Shown here: one piece after another, positions 25,908 to 34,471 of the stretch | Numbering within the stretch: position 1 is the stretch's first letter | Layout of the letters: each line of letters starts with the position of its first letter | Origin: Terriglobales bacterium | Lineage (GTDB): Bacteria; Acidobacteriota; Terriglobia; Terriglobales; Acidobacteriaceae | Assembly (NCBI GenBank): GCA_035691485.1 | Contig: DASSIZ010000043.1 | Location: forward strand, 4,236-68,235 | Length of the DNA: 64,000 nt | Direction of reading: 5' to 3' | Notes under the pieces: model-generated | What the model saw: the letters and a program-made list of their open reading frames with translations, nothing else | What the model was told of the DNA's origin: nothing | The model's database searches: none | Made by a program: the position numbers and the translations under genes

Positions 25908-26816
25908 ATGCGCATCGCCAGCCGCACCAAGACGATCGCTTTCTTCATCACTTTGGGCGCCTGTCTGATCGGCGTCGCCATCGCGCTCAACGTCAGCTGG
26001 ATCGTTCTCAAGTGGCGCGAGGTCGGAGCGCTCGTCCTCGGCATCATCTTTTTCGCCTTCATTATCGCCGGCGTGGTGCTGAACACCGTTTTTCTGGTTC
26101 GCGAAATTCGCCGCAACGAGCAGCAGGACAGTTTTCTCAACGCCGTCACCCATGAGTTGAAAACTCCGGTGACCTCGATCCGCCTGTACTTGCAGACCCT
26201 GCAGCGCCGCGAGTTGGCCGACACGGAACGCCGCGATTTCTACCGCATCATGCTGGAGGACACCGACCGTCTGCTGGGCACCGTCGAGCAGGTGCTCAAG
26301 GCGGGCGAGGCGCGGCATGGTGTCAGCGACGAGCGCCATCGCGAGGAGGTCGATTTTGCCGCGGTGGTGAAAGACGCGGTCGAATTGGCGGCGCTTCGCC
26401 ATCACCTCGAGCCCGGCGTCCTGGTGCTGCACCAGGGTTCCGCCGACGGCATCGTCGTCATCGGCAATCGCGAGGAACTGCGCACCGCGGTGGCCAACTT
26501 GTTGGACAACGCGGTCAAGTACACACCGGCGGAAAAAAACATTGTCGTGGACTTGCTCACCCCCGATATCGATAGCGCGCTCCTGCGCGTTCGCGACAAC
26601 GGCGTCGGCATTCCGCGCTCCGAGCTGAAGCGGATATTCAAGCGCTTTTATCGCATCCCGGCTAAGATCACCAGTTCGGTCCGCGGCACCGGGCTGGGAC
26701 TGTTCATTGTCCGCTCCATCATCAAGCGTCACGGCGGAGAAGTGATGGCCGAGAGCCCGGGCGAGGGCCGCGGCAGCACCTTCAGCGTCCGCCTCCCGAG
26801 GGTCTATCGCACATGA
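25908..26816 (+). CDS. Sensor histidine kinase (HisKA/HATPase_c) with two TM helices, about 6-aa external loop and no HAMP
   Basis: H-box THELKTPVTSI about 10 aa after TM2. N-box LLDNAVKYT. DNGVGI and GTGLGLFIV. Confidence 0.9.
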   Translation: MRIASRTKTIAFFITLGACLIGVAIALNVSWIVLKWREVGALVLGIIFFAFIIAGVVLNTVFLVREIRRNEQQDSFLNAVTHELKTPVTSIRLYLQTLQRRELADTERRDFYRIMLEDTDRLLGTVEQVLKAGEARHGVSDERHREEVDFAAVVKDAVELAALRHHLEPGVLVLHQGSADGIVVIGNREELRTAVANLLDNAVKYTPAEKNIVVDLLTPDIDSALLRVRDNGVGIPRSELKRIFKRFYRIPAKITSSVRGTGLGLFIVRSIIKRHGGEVMAESPGEGRGSTFSVRLPRVYRT

Positions 26817-27544
26817 GCCGGATACTCATTGTCGAGGACGAACCGCACCTGGCCCAAGGCTTGCGCTTCAACCTGCAAGCCGAAGAGCACCAGGTTGACC
26901 TCGCCCCAACCGGCGAAGACGCGCTGCAGTTCCTGCTGCAGGACAAAAAGAACTTTGACCTCGTCGTGCTCGACATCATGCTCCCCGGCAAGGACGGCTT
27001 CGAGGTTGCGCGCGAGCTGCGCGATGCCGAGCTCTACGTTCCACTGCTCATGCTTACCGCGCGCGGCCGCCCGGAAGACGTGCTCAAGGGCTTTGAAGCA
27101 GGCGCCGACGATTACCTGCCCAAGCCCTTCAACCTCGACATCCTGCTGGCCCGTATCCGCAGCCTGTTGCGCCGCAAGGACTGGCTGCAGGGCGGCAATG
27201 ACAAAGCCCCGGGCAGCCGCGTGTCGCGCGAGCCCGACGTGTTCACTTTCGGCCACAATACCTTCGATTTCGGCAAGCTTCAGATCCGGTCGGGCAAACA
27301 GGTCTTCCAGCTCACCATGATGGAAACCGACCTGCTCCGCTACCTGATCCGGAACAGCGGCCGTCCGGTTTCGCGCAAGGCAATGCTGGAAAATGTCTGG
27401 AACCTGGCGGAAGACACCGAAACCCGCGCCATCGACAATTTCATCGTCCGCTTGCGCCGTTACATTGAGAAAGACCCGGCCAAGCCGCGGCACCTGATCA
27501 CCATCCGCGGCCTCGGTTACCAGTTCGTGCCTGCTCCTGATTAA
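26813..27544 (+). CDS. OmpR/PhoB-family response regulator
   Basis: ILIVEDEPHLA, LDIMLPGKDG receiver. Winged-helix end TIRGLGYQF. ATGA overlap with the kinase gene. Confidence 0.92.
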   Translation: MSRILIVEDEPHLAQGLRFNLQAEEHQVDLAPTGEDALQFLLQDKKNFDLVVLDIMLPGKDGFEVARELRDAELYVPLLMLTARGRPEDVLKGFEAGADDYLPKPFNLDILLARIRSLLRRKDWLQGGNDKAPGSRVSREPDVFTFGHNTFDFGKLQIRSGKQVFQLTMMETDLLRYLIRNSGRPVSRKAMLENVWNLAEDTETRAIDNFIVRLRRYIEKDPAKPRHLITIRGLGYQFVPAPD

Positions 27545-27577
27545 TTGCTCCAGAAGTCAGGAACCGAAGGAGGGTGG

Positions 27578-27964
27578 ATGTTCCGGCTCCCGCCAGAGTA
27601 CGCCGATGCCGCACTGCTGCTGTTGCGTCTGATGATTGCTTCCATCTTTATTACCAGCGGATGGAGCCACGCCAAGGATCCCGAGGGCCGCGGCAAAAGC
27701 ATCGGCATGAGCAAGGGCTTCACGCTCTTCCTCGGCTTGGCAGAACTGGCCGGAGGACTCGGCGTCGCCTTTGGCGTGCTCGCGCAACTCGCGGCGCTGG
27801 GCTTGATCCTGGTCATGCTCGGCGCCATCCACAAAAAGATCTTTCTCTGGCACACCGGCTTCTGGGGAAAAAATGCATCCGGCTGGCACTACGACCTGAT
27901 GCTCGTCATCATGAACCTGGTGGTGATTGCCACCGGTGGCGGACGCTGGGTCCTGCTGAAGTAA
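27578..27964 (+). CDS. DoxX family membrane protein
   Basis: GAAGGAGGG SD before ATG 27578. LLLLRLMIASIFITSGWSHA and four hydrophobic helices. Confidence 0.75.
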   Translation: MFRLPPEYADAALLLLRLMIASIFITSGWSHAKDPEGRGKSIGMSKGFTLFLGLAELAGGLGVAFGVLAQLAALGLILVMLGAIHKKIFLWHTGFWGKNASGWHYDLMLVIMNLVVIATGGGRWVLLK

Positions 27965-28016
27965 AGTACGCCGGGCGAAGCGCTACAATTCCAGGCGCGT
28001 GCAACGATCAAGATCC

Positions 28017-28211
28017 ATGCGCGAAGTGCTGGAAGCGTTGGACTGGGTGCGGCACGAGATGATGCACCGCGGCTCTCCTGACTTCATCCGCCAACGCCAA
28101 CTGGAGCAGCGCGTCCACCAGCTCGCGTCTGGGCTGGCGCGCAGCAACTCCGGAAAGCCCGTTTCCACCTCGAATCTGCGCCACGCCTGGAAAAACTATC
28201 CTTCCGGGTAA
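28017..28211 (+). CDS. Hypothetical small protein (64 aa), weakly supported
   Basis: ORF track 27999..28211. First ATG at 28017. TACAAT box at 27984-27989. No SD. Confidence 0.3.
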   Translation: MREVLEALDWVRHEMMHRGSPDFIRQRQLEQRVHQLASGLARSNSGKPVSTSNLRHAWKNYPSG

Positions 28212-28256
28212 GCACGGCAACTTCGAGCCGCATCGTAAGTTGCGGGAGGTAAAGGC

Positions 28257-28823
28257 ATGAAACGAGTGTGTCTGCTGCTATTGGTGCTAGGACTGTTCAC
28301 CGCCACTGTTGTCGCCCAGACAACAGCCTTGCCGTCGGAACGGCAGAGACTTGGAGGGAATGACCCGAGTGCGCGGGTCAGCCGCGAGGTCATGCACGAG
28401 TTGCTGATGCTGCCCTACTACAGCGTGTGGGACAACCTGGCATTCCAGGTGAACGGGTATACGGTTACCCTGTTGGGGCAAGTGGTGAATGGCGCCACGA
28501 AGTCTGATGCCGAGTCAGCGGTAAAGCACATCGAGGGCGTGCAGAAAGTGATCAACAACATCGAGGTGCTGCCGCCATCGCCGATGGATGACCGGATCCG
28601 CCGGCAGGAGTACCGCGCCATCTTCGGCTACGACGGGCTGAGCAGGTATTCCTGGGGCGCCGTGCCGAGCATTCACATCATTGTGAAGGGCGGTCACGTT
28701 ACCCTGGTCGGCGTAGTGGACAACGATGCTGACAAGCATGTGGCGGAGATACAGGCGAAGAGCGTGCCCGACGTGTTCTCGGTGGATAACCAGTTACAGG
28801 TAGCATCCAACCGGCCGAAGTAG
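28257..28823 (+). CDS. Periplasmic BON-domain protein (OsmY-like, two BON domains)
   Basis: Signal MKRVCLLLLVLGLFTATVVAQ. Two BON-like units (VTLLGQV...HIEGVQKVINNIEV and VTLVGVVDNDADKHVAEIQAKSVPDVFSVDNQLQV). GGGAGG SD. Confidence 0.85.
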   Translation: MKRVCLLLLVLGLFTATVVAQTTALPSERQRLGGNDPSARVSREVMHELLMLPYYSVWDNLAFQVNGYTVTLLGQVVNGATKSDAESAVKHIEGVQKVINNIEVLPPSPMDDRIRRQEYRAIFGYDGLSRYSWGAVPSIHIIVKGGHVTLVGVVDNDADKHVAEIQAKSVPDVFSVDNQLQVASNRPK

Positions 28824-28835
28824 CCGATTTGAGTT

Positions 28836-28867
28836 TCCACCAAGGTTCCCCGAGGAACCTTGGTGGA
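28836..28867. terminator. Strong bidirectional hairpin terminator
   Basis: tccaccaaggttcc / ggaaccttggtgga 14-bp perfect stem with a 4-nt loop, between the convergent BON and panE genes. Confidence 0.75.
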
Positions 28868-28891
28868 GATCGTGAGCTACTGAATCTGAAA

Positions 28892-29839
28892 TCACTTGCC
28901 GCGAGCGCGGATTTCCTGGGGCAGGAGCGCGGCGTAGGTGAATTCCATGGCGGGAACGGCAACAGCGGCGGCGCGGCCCAGGCGCACAACGCTGCCGACA
29001 ATTGCCTCCAGTTCTGACGGACGCCCGTTCACGATATCGCGCTGCATGGAGGCGGTGCCTTCGCCGGGTATGCTGTCGATGAACGCCAGGTTGCGCGCAA
29101 CAATGTCGTCGGCGAGGCGCACCCCGCGCTTGCGCGCCACCGCCGCCACTTCTTCCATCATGCGCTGAACCAGTTCACGCGTAGGCCGCACCTGGCGCAT
29201 TTCGCCCGCAGTGGCGCGCGACACCGCGCCGACACCGCTGATGGAAGAGATGAACAGCAGCTTCTCCCAGAGCGCCGCCTGGATGTCGGGAGTTGCCTTC
29301 ACGTTCACGCCCGCAGCATGCAAGGCATCGAGAAGAGCTTTCGCGTTCCCGTTCAGGGCGCTGCCGTCAACTTCTCCCAGCACCACCGCCGGTTCCAGCC
29401 CGCCAATTTTGATTACGCCAGGCGCAGCGATGGAAGCGATCACGCGGCACAGGCCGCCGAGGACGTGCTCGCGCCCGAGAACTTCGACCAGCTGGTCTAC
29501 CGCCTCGACGCCATTCTGAAGCGGCACCACGCGCGTGCCGGATTTCAGCAAGGGCCGCATCGCTCGCGCTGCGTCGGGAACCTGCCAGGCTTTGACCCCG
29601 ACGATGACACTGTCCACCGGACCAATATCGGCGGGATTGTCGCTGGCGGCGGCGGGTTTGATAGTGAACTCTTCCTTGGGGGTCTGAATGCGCAGGCCGC
29701 CGGCGCGGATGGCTTTCAGGTGCTCGCCGCGCGCAACCATGGAAACGGAGTCGCCGGCGCGCGCCAGGACAGCGCCGAAGTAGCCGCCCACACCACCCAC
29801 GCCATAAATAGCAATTTTCAAAATGCTCAACTCAATCAC
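28892..29839 (-). CDS. panE: 2-dehydropantoate 2-reductase (ApbA/PanE family)
   Basis: KIAIYGVGGVGGYFG dinucleotide fold, ApbA-like C-terminal domain. True start may be TTG at 29830 or 29821 rather than GTG at 29839. Confidence 0.85.
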   Translation of the reverse strand: MIELSILKIAIYGVGGVGGYFGAVLARAGDSVSMVARGEHLKAIRAGGLRIQTPKEEFTIKPAAASDNPADIGPVDSVIVGVKAWQVPDAARAMRPLLKSGTRVVPLQNGVEAVDQLVEVLGREHVLGGLCRVIASIAAPGVIKIGGLEPAVVLGEVDGSALNGNAKALLDALHAAGVNVKATPDIQAALWEKLLFISSISGVGAVSRATAGEMRQVRPTRELVQRMMEEVAAVARKRGVRLADDIVARNLAFIDSIPGEGTASMQRDIVNGRPSELEAIVGSVVRLGRAAAVAVPAMEFTYAALLPQEIRARGK

Positions 29840-29893
29840 CTACCGGACACAAGGATCACAGTGATAGTAACTCGCCGCAGCAGCCGGCGATTG

Positions 29894-29907
29894 CCGATTG
29901 CAATCGG
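29894..29907. promoter_or_regulatory. Perfect 14-bp palindrome CCGATTGCAATCGG upstream of panE
   Basis: Read directly. About 55-75 nt upstream of the candidate panE starts. Confidence 0.3.
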
Positions 29908-29909
29908 TC

Positions 29910-29939
29910 AAAAAACAGCCCCGGCGATGGCGCCGGGGC
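29910..29939 (-). terminator. Rho-independent terminator of cstA
   Basis: gccccggcg / cgccggggc 9-bp stem. On the minus strand it is followed by TTTTTT (plus-strand aaaaaa 29910-29915). Confidence 0.7.
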
Positions 29940-29961
29940 CCTGGACCGAAGAAGTTAACTT

Positions 29962-31821
29962 CTAGCGTGTTCCGACCAACTCGGCTTCCTCTGTCATCTT
30001 GGCCTGTTGTTTCGCAGGCTCCAGGTATATGGGCGTATCGAACTCTGGGATCAGCAGCGGTTGCTTGCGCTGCAGCAGTTCGATCCACCGTTTGAAGGTG
30101 GCGACAAAGAGGATGACCATCAGTACCATCACCGCGATAGAAAAGCCCACCAGCAGGTACAACTTCTTGGGCAGGAAGTTGTCCACCACGTTCAGGTACC
30201 CGGCATACATGGTGATGAACGCCATGCAGACACCGGGCACGCCCGTGACCCAGGCGTACTTCTTTTTGCCGGTGCGGATCAGCATGGTCGTGCAGATGAT
30301 CAGGGCACTGGAGGCCAGCAATTGATTGCTCATGCCGAACAGCGGCCAGATGGTCGCAATATCGCCGGTGTACACCAGGTAACCCCAGGAGCCGGTAAAC
30401 AGCAAGCTGGTAAGAACGATGCCCGGCCACCACTTCTTTTCCAGCATCTTCGGGAACACCTTCCCGAGCAGCTCCTGCAGCAGGAAGCGTCCGACGCGCG
30501 TGCCGGTGTCGACGGCGGTCAGAATAAACACCGCCTCGAACATGATGCAGAAGTGATACCAGTAAGACATCAGGTGCTTCATTCCAGGCACTGACGAGAA
30601 CACGTAAGACATGCCGACGGCCAGGGAGACGGCGCCACCCGGGCGACCTTGTATGGTTTCACCGACCTCCTTCGAAAGCGTTGGCAAGTTCACCGGCAAG
30701 AGGTGAAGCTTGGCGAACGCGGCCGGAGCCGAGTTAATCGCGAAGTAGTCGGCGGGGACCAGCACGCAGGCCGCGATCAGCGCCATGATGGCCACGAAGC
30801 CTTCCAGCAGCATCGCACCGTAGCCGATGAACAGGATTTCTCTTTCATTGGCGACCATCTTCGGCGTAGTGCCGCTGCCGATGATGGCGTGAAATCCCGA
30901 CAGCGCGCCGCACGCGATGATGATGAAGACGAACGGAAACACCTTGCCCGGTACTACCGGCCCGCCACCGTGGATATAAGGCGTTAGCGCCGGCATCTGA
31001 AGCGTTGGGTGGACAAAGAAGATGCCCAGGGTCAGTGCCGCGATGGTGCCGACTTTCAGGTAAGTGGACAGGTAATCCCGCGGGCACAGCAGCACCCAAA
31101 CGGGCAACACCGATGCCACGAACCCGTAGAGCGGAATCACGATCGCCAGTTGGTGCTTGGAAAGCATGAACAGCTTCGACAAAGCGGGACTCGCGGCGAC
31201 ATAGGGTCCTGTTATGACAGCAGCGAAGAGCAGCACCACGCCGAGAATGCTGGCGCCAAGTACGTCACCCTTTCGGAAGCCGTAGAGCCAATATCCCATC
31301 AGCAGCGCGATCGGAAGCGTGCAGAAGACCACGAACGCGCCCCAGGCGCTCGAAAACAGCGCGTTGACCACGGCGATGGACAATCCGGCCAGCGTCAGGA
31401 TCAGAATGAACAGGAACGCGAAGTGCGCCACCATGCCGGCGACTTTTCCGACCTCGGTTTCGGCGATCATCGAGAGGCTTCTGCCCTTATGCCTCACCGA
31501 GGCGAACAACACCACCATGTCGTGAACCGCGCCCGCCACCACGCACCCGATCAGGATCCACAGCGCACCGGGGAGGTAGCCAAATTGCGCGGCCAGCACC
31601 GGGCCGAGCAGCGGGCCAGCGGCCGCTATGGCAGCGAAGTGGTGTCCGAACAGTACGTATTTGTTGGTTTTGTGGTAGTCCACGCCATCGGCCATATAGT
31701 TGGCCGGTGTCGCTCTGCCATTCAGCTGAAGAACCTTGTCCGCAAGGAATATCCCGTAGAACCGGTACGCCATTGCGAAAATTAATAATGCGGCGAAGAC
31801 AAGGACTAATGAATTCATCAA
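29962..31821 (-). CDS. cstA: Carbon starvation protein A (peptide/pyruvate transporter family)
   Basis: MMNSLVLVFAALLIFAMAYRFYG CstA N-terminus. Polytopic and full length. GAGGGAGGA SD. Confidence 0.92.
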   Translation of the reverse strand: MMNSLVLVFAALLIFAMAYRFYGIFLADKVLQLNGRATPANYMADGVDYHKTNKYVLFGHHFAAIAAAGPLLGPVLAAQFGYLPGALWILIGCVVAGAVHDMVVLFASVRHKGRSLSMIAETEVGKVAGMVAHFAFLFILILTLAGLSIAVVNALFSSAWGAFVVFCTLPIALLMGYWLYGFRKGDVLGASILGVVLLFAAVITGPYVAASPALSKLFMLSKHQLAIVIPLYGFVASVLPVWVLLCPRDYLSTYLKVGTIAALTLGIFFVHPTLQMPALTPYIHGGGPVVPGKVFPFVFIIIACGALSGFHAIIGSGTTPKMVANEREILFIGYGAMLLEGFVAIMALIAACVLVPADYFAINSAPAAFAKLHLLPVNLPTLSKEVGETIQGRPGGAVSLAVGMSYVFSSVPGMKHLMSYWYHFCIMFEAVFILTAVDTGTRVGRFLLQELLGKVFPKMLEKKWWPGIVLTSLLFTGSWGYLVYTGDIATIWPLFGMSNQLLASSALIICTTMLIRTGKKKYAWVTGVPGVCMAFITMYAGYLNVVDNFLPKKLYLLVGFSIAVMVLMVILFVATFKRWIELLQRKQPLLIPEFDTPIYLEPAKQQAKMTEEAELVGTR

Positions 31822-31977
31822 TTCCTCCCTCAGGGCCTCTGGACAGCGTCGGGGGACCGGGCGGCCAGGCCTGGGTCTTCAACGTGAAACTATCGCTGCC
31901 GGAAGCCATCTACCGTGATGTGACGCACTTGGAAATGTGCGGTCCGACACAGGGCAGTGTGCGGGGGGAGAGGGCGC

Positions 31978-33195
31978 TTATTCGTAGCGCAGAGCTTCGA
32001 TGGGGTCGAGCTTGGAGGCCTTGCGGGCGGGATAGAAGCCGAAGAATACGCCCACGGCGACCGCAAAAATGGCGGCGATGCCGATGGCCTGCGGGGGGAT
32101 CTCCATCGGCCAGCGCAGCGCTTGCCCGACCAGGAACGAACCGGCCACGCCGAACCCCACCCCCAACACTCCACCAAACAGGCTGAGGATCACGGCTTCC
32201 CCGAGGAACTGCTTGGCGACGTCGCCATCGGTGGCGCCGATGGACATGCGCACGCCAATTTCGCGGGTGCGCTCGGTGACGGAGACGAGCATGACGTTCA
32301 TGATGCCGATGCCTCCCACCAGCAGGGAGACGCAGGCGATGCTGATCAGCAGGAGCGAGAATGTGCGCCGGGCTTCCAACTGCGCGTTGATGAACTCATC
32401 GGGCCGGCGGATGTTGAAGTCGTCGTCCTGGCCGGCACGGATGTGATGGCGCTCGCGCAACAGGGCCGTGATCTGCTGGATCGCGGGATTAATGGCGTCC
32501 GGTGATACCGCGGAGCAGACGATGTCGTCCAGCCAGTTGTTACCCTTCAATTTTTTTTGCGCCGTGGTGTACGGCATGATGATGGTGTCGTCCTGGTCCT
32601 GGCCGAAGGAAGTCTGCCCGCGGGCAACCAGCACGCCCATCACCTGGCACGGAAGACTGTTCACGCGGATCACTTTGCCGATCGGGTTCTCGGCTTCGAA
32701 AAGCTGCTGGCGCACGGTTTCACCGATCACGCAAACGTCGCTGGCGCGGTCCACATCGGCCTGCGTGAAGGGCGCGCCCACGGAAAGTCCCCAACGCTTG
32801 ATGGTGAACCACTCCGGCGCAACGCCGCGATAACCCGTGTTCCAGTTCTTGTTGCCGTAGATGATTTGAATGCGGGAATCGACGTTGGGCGAAGCCAGCT
32901 TGATCAGCGGCACCTGGCGCACGATGGCTTCCACATCGCTCTGCATCAGGGTCTTGGTGCCATGGCTGCCGGTGCGGATACCGTTGGGAGCGCGCGAACC
33001 GGCTTCGATCCAAACGAAGTTGTCGCCCAGATTGTTGAGCTGCTCCTGCACCTGCGCCGATCCCGCCTGGCCGATGGCAACGACGCAAATGACCGCGCCG
33101 ATACCAATGGTGATGCCGAGCACGGTGAGCGTGCTGCGCATCTTGTTGCGGAACAGAGCGCGCAGCGCTTCGCGAACGATGGCGCGAGGAGACAT
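31978..33195 (-). CDS. MacB/FtsX-type ABC transporter permease (4 TM plus periplasmic core domain), no adjacent ATPase
   Basis: MSPRAIVREALRALFRNKMRSTLTVLGITIGIGAVI, C-terminal FtsX region ...GFYPARKASKLDPIEALRYE. Confidence 0.88.
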   Translation of the reverse strand: MSPRAIVREALRALFRNKMRSTLTVLGITIGIGAVICVVAIGQAGSAQVQEQLNNLGDNFVWIEAGSRAPNGIRTGSHGTKTLMQSDVEAIVRQVPLIKLASPNVDSRIQIIYGNKNWNTGYRGVAPEWFTIKRWGLSVGAPFTQADVDRASDVCVIGETVRQQLFEAENPIGKVIRVNSLPCQVMGVLVARGQTSFGQDQDDTIIMPYTTAQKKLKGNNWLDDIVCSAVSPDAINPAIQQITALLRERHHIRAGQDDDFNIRRPDEFINAQLEARRTFSLLLISIACVSLLVGGIGIMNVMLVSVTERTREIGVRMSIGATDGDVAKQFLGEAVILSLFGGVLGVGFGVAGSFLVGQALRWPMEIPPQAIGIAAIFAVAVGVFFGFYPARKASKLDPIEALRYE

Positions 33196-33281
33196 CTGCT
33201 GATTATTCTAACTCCTGATCGGAAGGCGAGTCGCGCCATGCACTTGCAGACCCGGCACCGGATGTCCGGCAGCGAGTTTTG

Positions 33282-33545
33282 CTAGCTCCGGTCTCGGAGG
33301 GAGGCGAGGGAAGGATACGGCGAACAGTCGGGAGAGGATGCGGGCTTACAGGCGTGGGCGAGATAGTGCTCGGCATCACGGCACATCAACTGGCACTTGT
33401 GACACCGAATCGGCCCTTTGACCTTGGACGGGGACTTGATGGGTTCCGACTCCGAATTACGCATGGCCTTCATCGCCACCGATAGTAGTCTTTGTAGCCA
33501 TTCTGCGCAAATCACGCTGCCCTTAGAGCGCGGCGCAGCGTTCAT
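33282..33545 (-). CDS. Hypothetical small Cys/His-rich protein (possible zinc-binding), weakly supported
   Basis: CHKCQLMCRDAEHYLAHAC = C-x2-C-x8-H-x3-H. Start ambiguous (ATG at 33545, 33473 or 33464). Weak SD. Confidence 0.3.
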   Translation of the reverse strand: MNAAPRSKGSVICAEWLQRLLSVAMKAMRNSESEPIKSPSKVKGPIRCHKCQLMCRDAEHYLAHACKPASSPDCSPYPSLASLRDRS

Positions 33546-33733
33546 TCCTAAATCAGGAGAGCCGAGGAATCCGCCTCCTGCCGGCCTTCAATCGCCTTTT
33601 CTCGCTGCGGCTATGTTATGGTTAATGTACCGAGGCCGCCTGGTGCCCTCCCTGCAAAGCGATTTTCGCGCCCGATGTTGGCAGGTCGTGCATACAACGT
33701 CTTCCCAGTAAATGAAGTGCAGAAGGAACAAAC

Positions 33734-34081
33734 ATGAAGAAGATTTTTGTTGGAAACTTTTCGTTTAAGACAACCGAAGAAGATCTGCGCAAGTGGTTCA
33801 GTCCTCACGGCGTAGTCGAGAGCGCGACCGTGGTCAACGACCGCGATACCGGACGGTCGCGTGGCTTCGGCTTTGTCGAAATGCCGAACAATAGCGAAGC
33901 CGACGCCGCCATCCTGGCCTTGAATGGCAAGGATGCCGATGGCCGGCCGCTCACGGTCAACGAAGCACGGCCGAAAAGCGAACGCCCGGGCGGTTTCCGT
34001 GGCGGCCGCGGCGGCGGCGGGGGCGGCAGCAGCGACGACTACCGCGGGCATGCCCGGCAGCGCGGCGAGCCCCGCTGGTAA
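33734..34081 (+). CDS. RRM-type RNA-binding protein with Gly/Arg-rich tail
   Basis: RNP2 IFVGNF and RNP1 RGFGFVEM. GGRGGGGGG tail. 188-nt upstream untranslated region. Confidence 0.9.
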   Translation: MKKIFVGNFSFKTTEEDLRKWFSPHGVVESATVVNDRDTGRSRGFGFVEMPNNSEADAAILALNGKDADGRPLTVNEARPKSERPGGFRGGRGGGGGGSSDDYRGHARQRGEPRW

Positions 34082-34091
34082 GCGCCACAGC

Positions 34092-34253
34092 TCAGGCTTG
34101 GGTTTGCGGACGTGCTTGCTTTTTCTGAGGCGCGGTTGGACGCGACTCAGGCGCGCCCAAGTGCTGGGACAATTCGCGATTGAGTTTTCGCCGAAGAATT
34201 TTCTTCCTGCGTTCACGGCCAAATCTTGACTTATCGCCGTTGCGTTCTGACAT
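34092..34253 (-). CDS. Unlisted small basic protein (53-54 aa)
   Basis: Hand translation M(M)SERNGDKSRFGRERRKKILRRKLNRELSQHLGAPESRPTAPQKKQARPQTQA. GGGAGGAT SD 5 nt before the second ATG. Stop lies 10 nt from the RRM gene stop (convergent). Confidence 0.4.
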   Translation of the reverse strand: MSERNGDKSRFGRERRKKILRRKLNRELSQHLGAPESRPTAPQKKQARPQTQA

Positions 34254-34471
34254 CATATCCTCCCTGCCGAAAGCTCGCCGGCTTGGCGCTCCATCTTACA
34301 GGTCGGACGGCTTCTTGAGGATGCTGGAACACTTGCCTCTTGCGGTGCGCAAGATTCAACACTCTTGGCACGCACAAAAGGCGTAGGATGACTGCTAACA
34401 CCTTAAGGGTAGTTCAAAGCAAGACAGCCGCCCGTTGCTGACGTCGGAACCTTATCTTCGGGAGGGGTCGA

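Noticed and set aside
23910-27493. Minus-strand ORFs 23910-24959, 25296-25886, 25899-26732 and 26804-27493 opposite the desaturase, kinase and regulator genes
   Set aside because: The plus-strand products carry histidine boxes, H/N/G boxes and receiver motifs. The antisense ORFs are compositional artefacts.
33611-34222. 203-aa minus-strand ORF across the RRM gene
   Set aside because: It is antisense to an RRM gene with RNP1/RNP2 motifs. Only the separate short frame at 34092-34253, which has a strong SD, was kept as a candidate.
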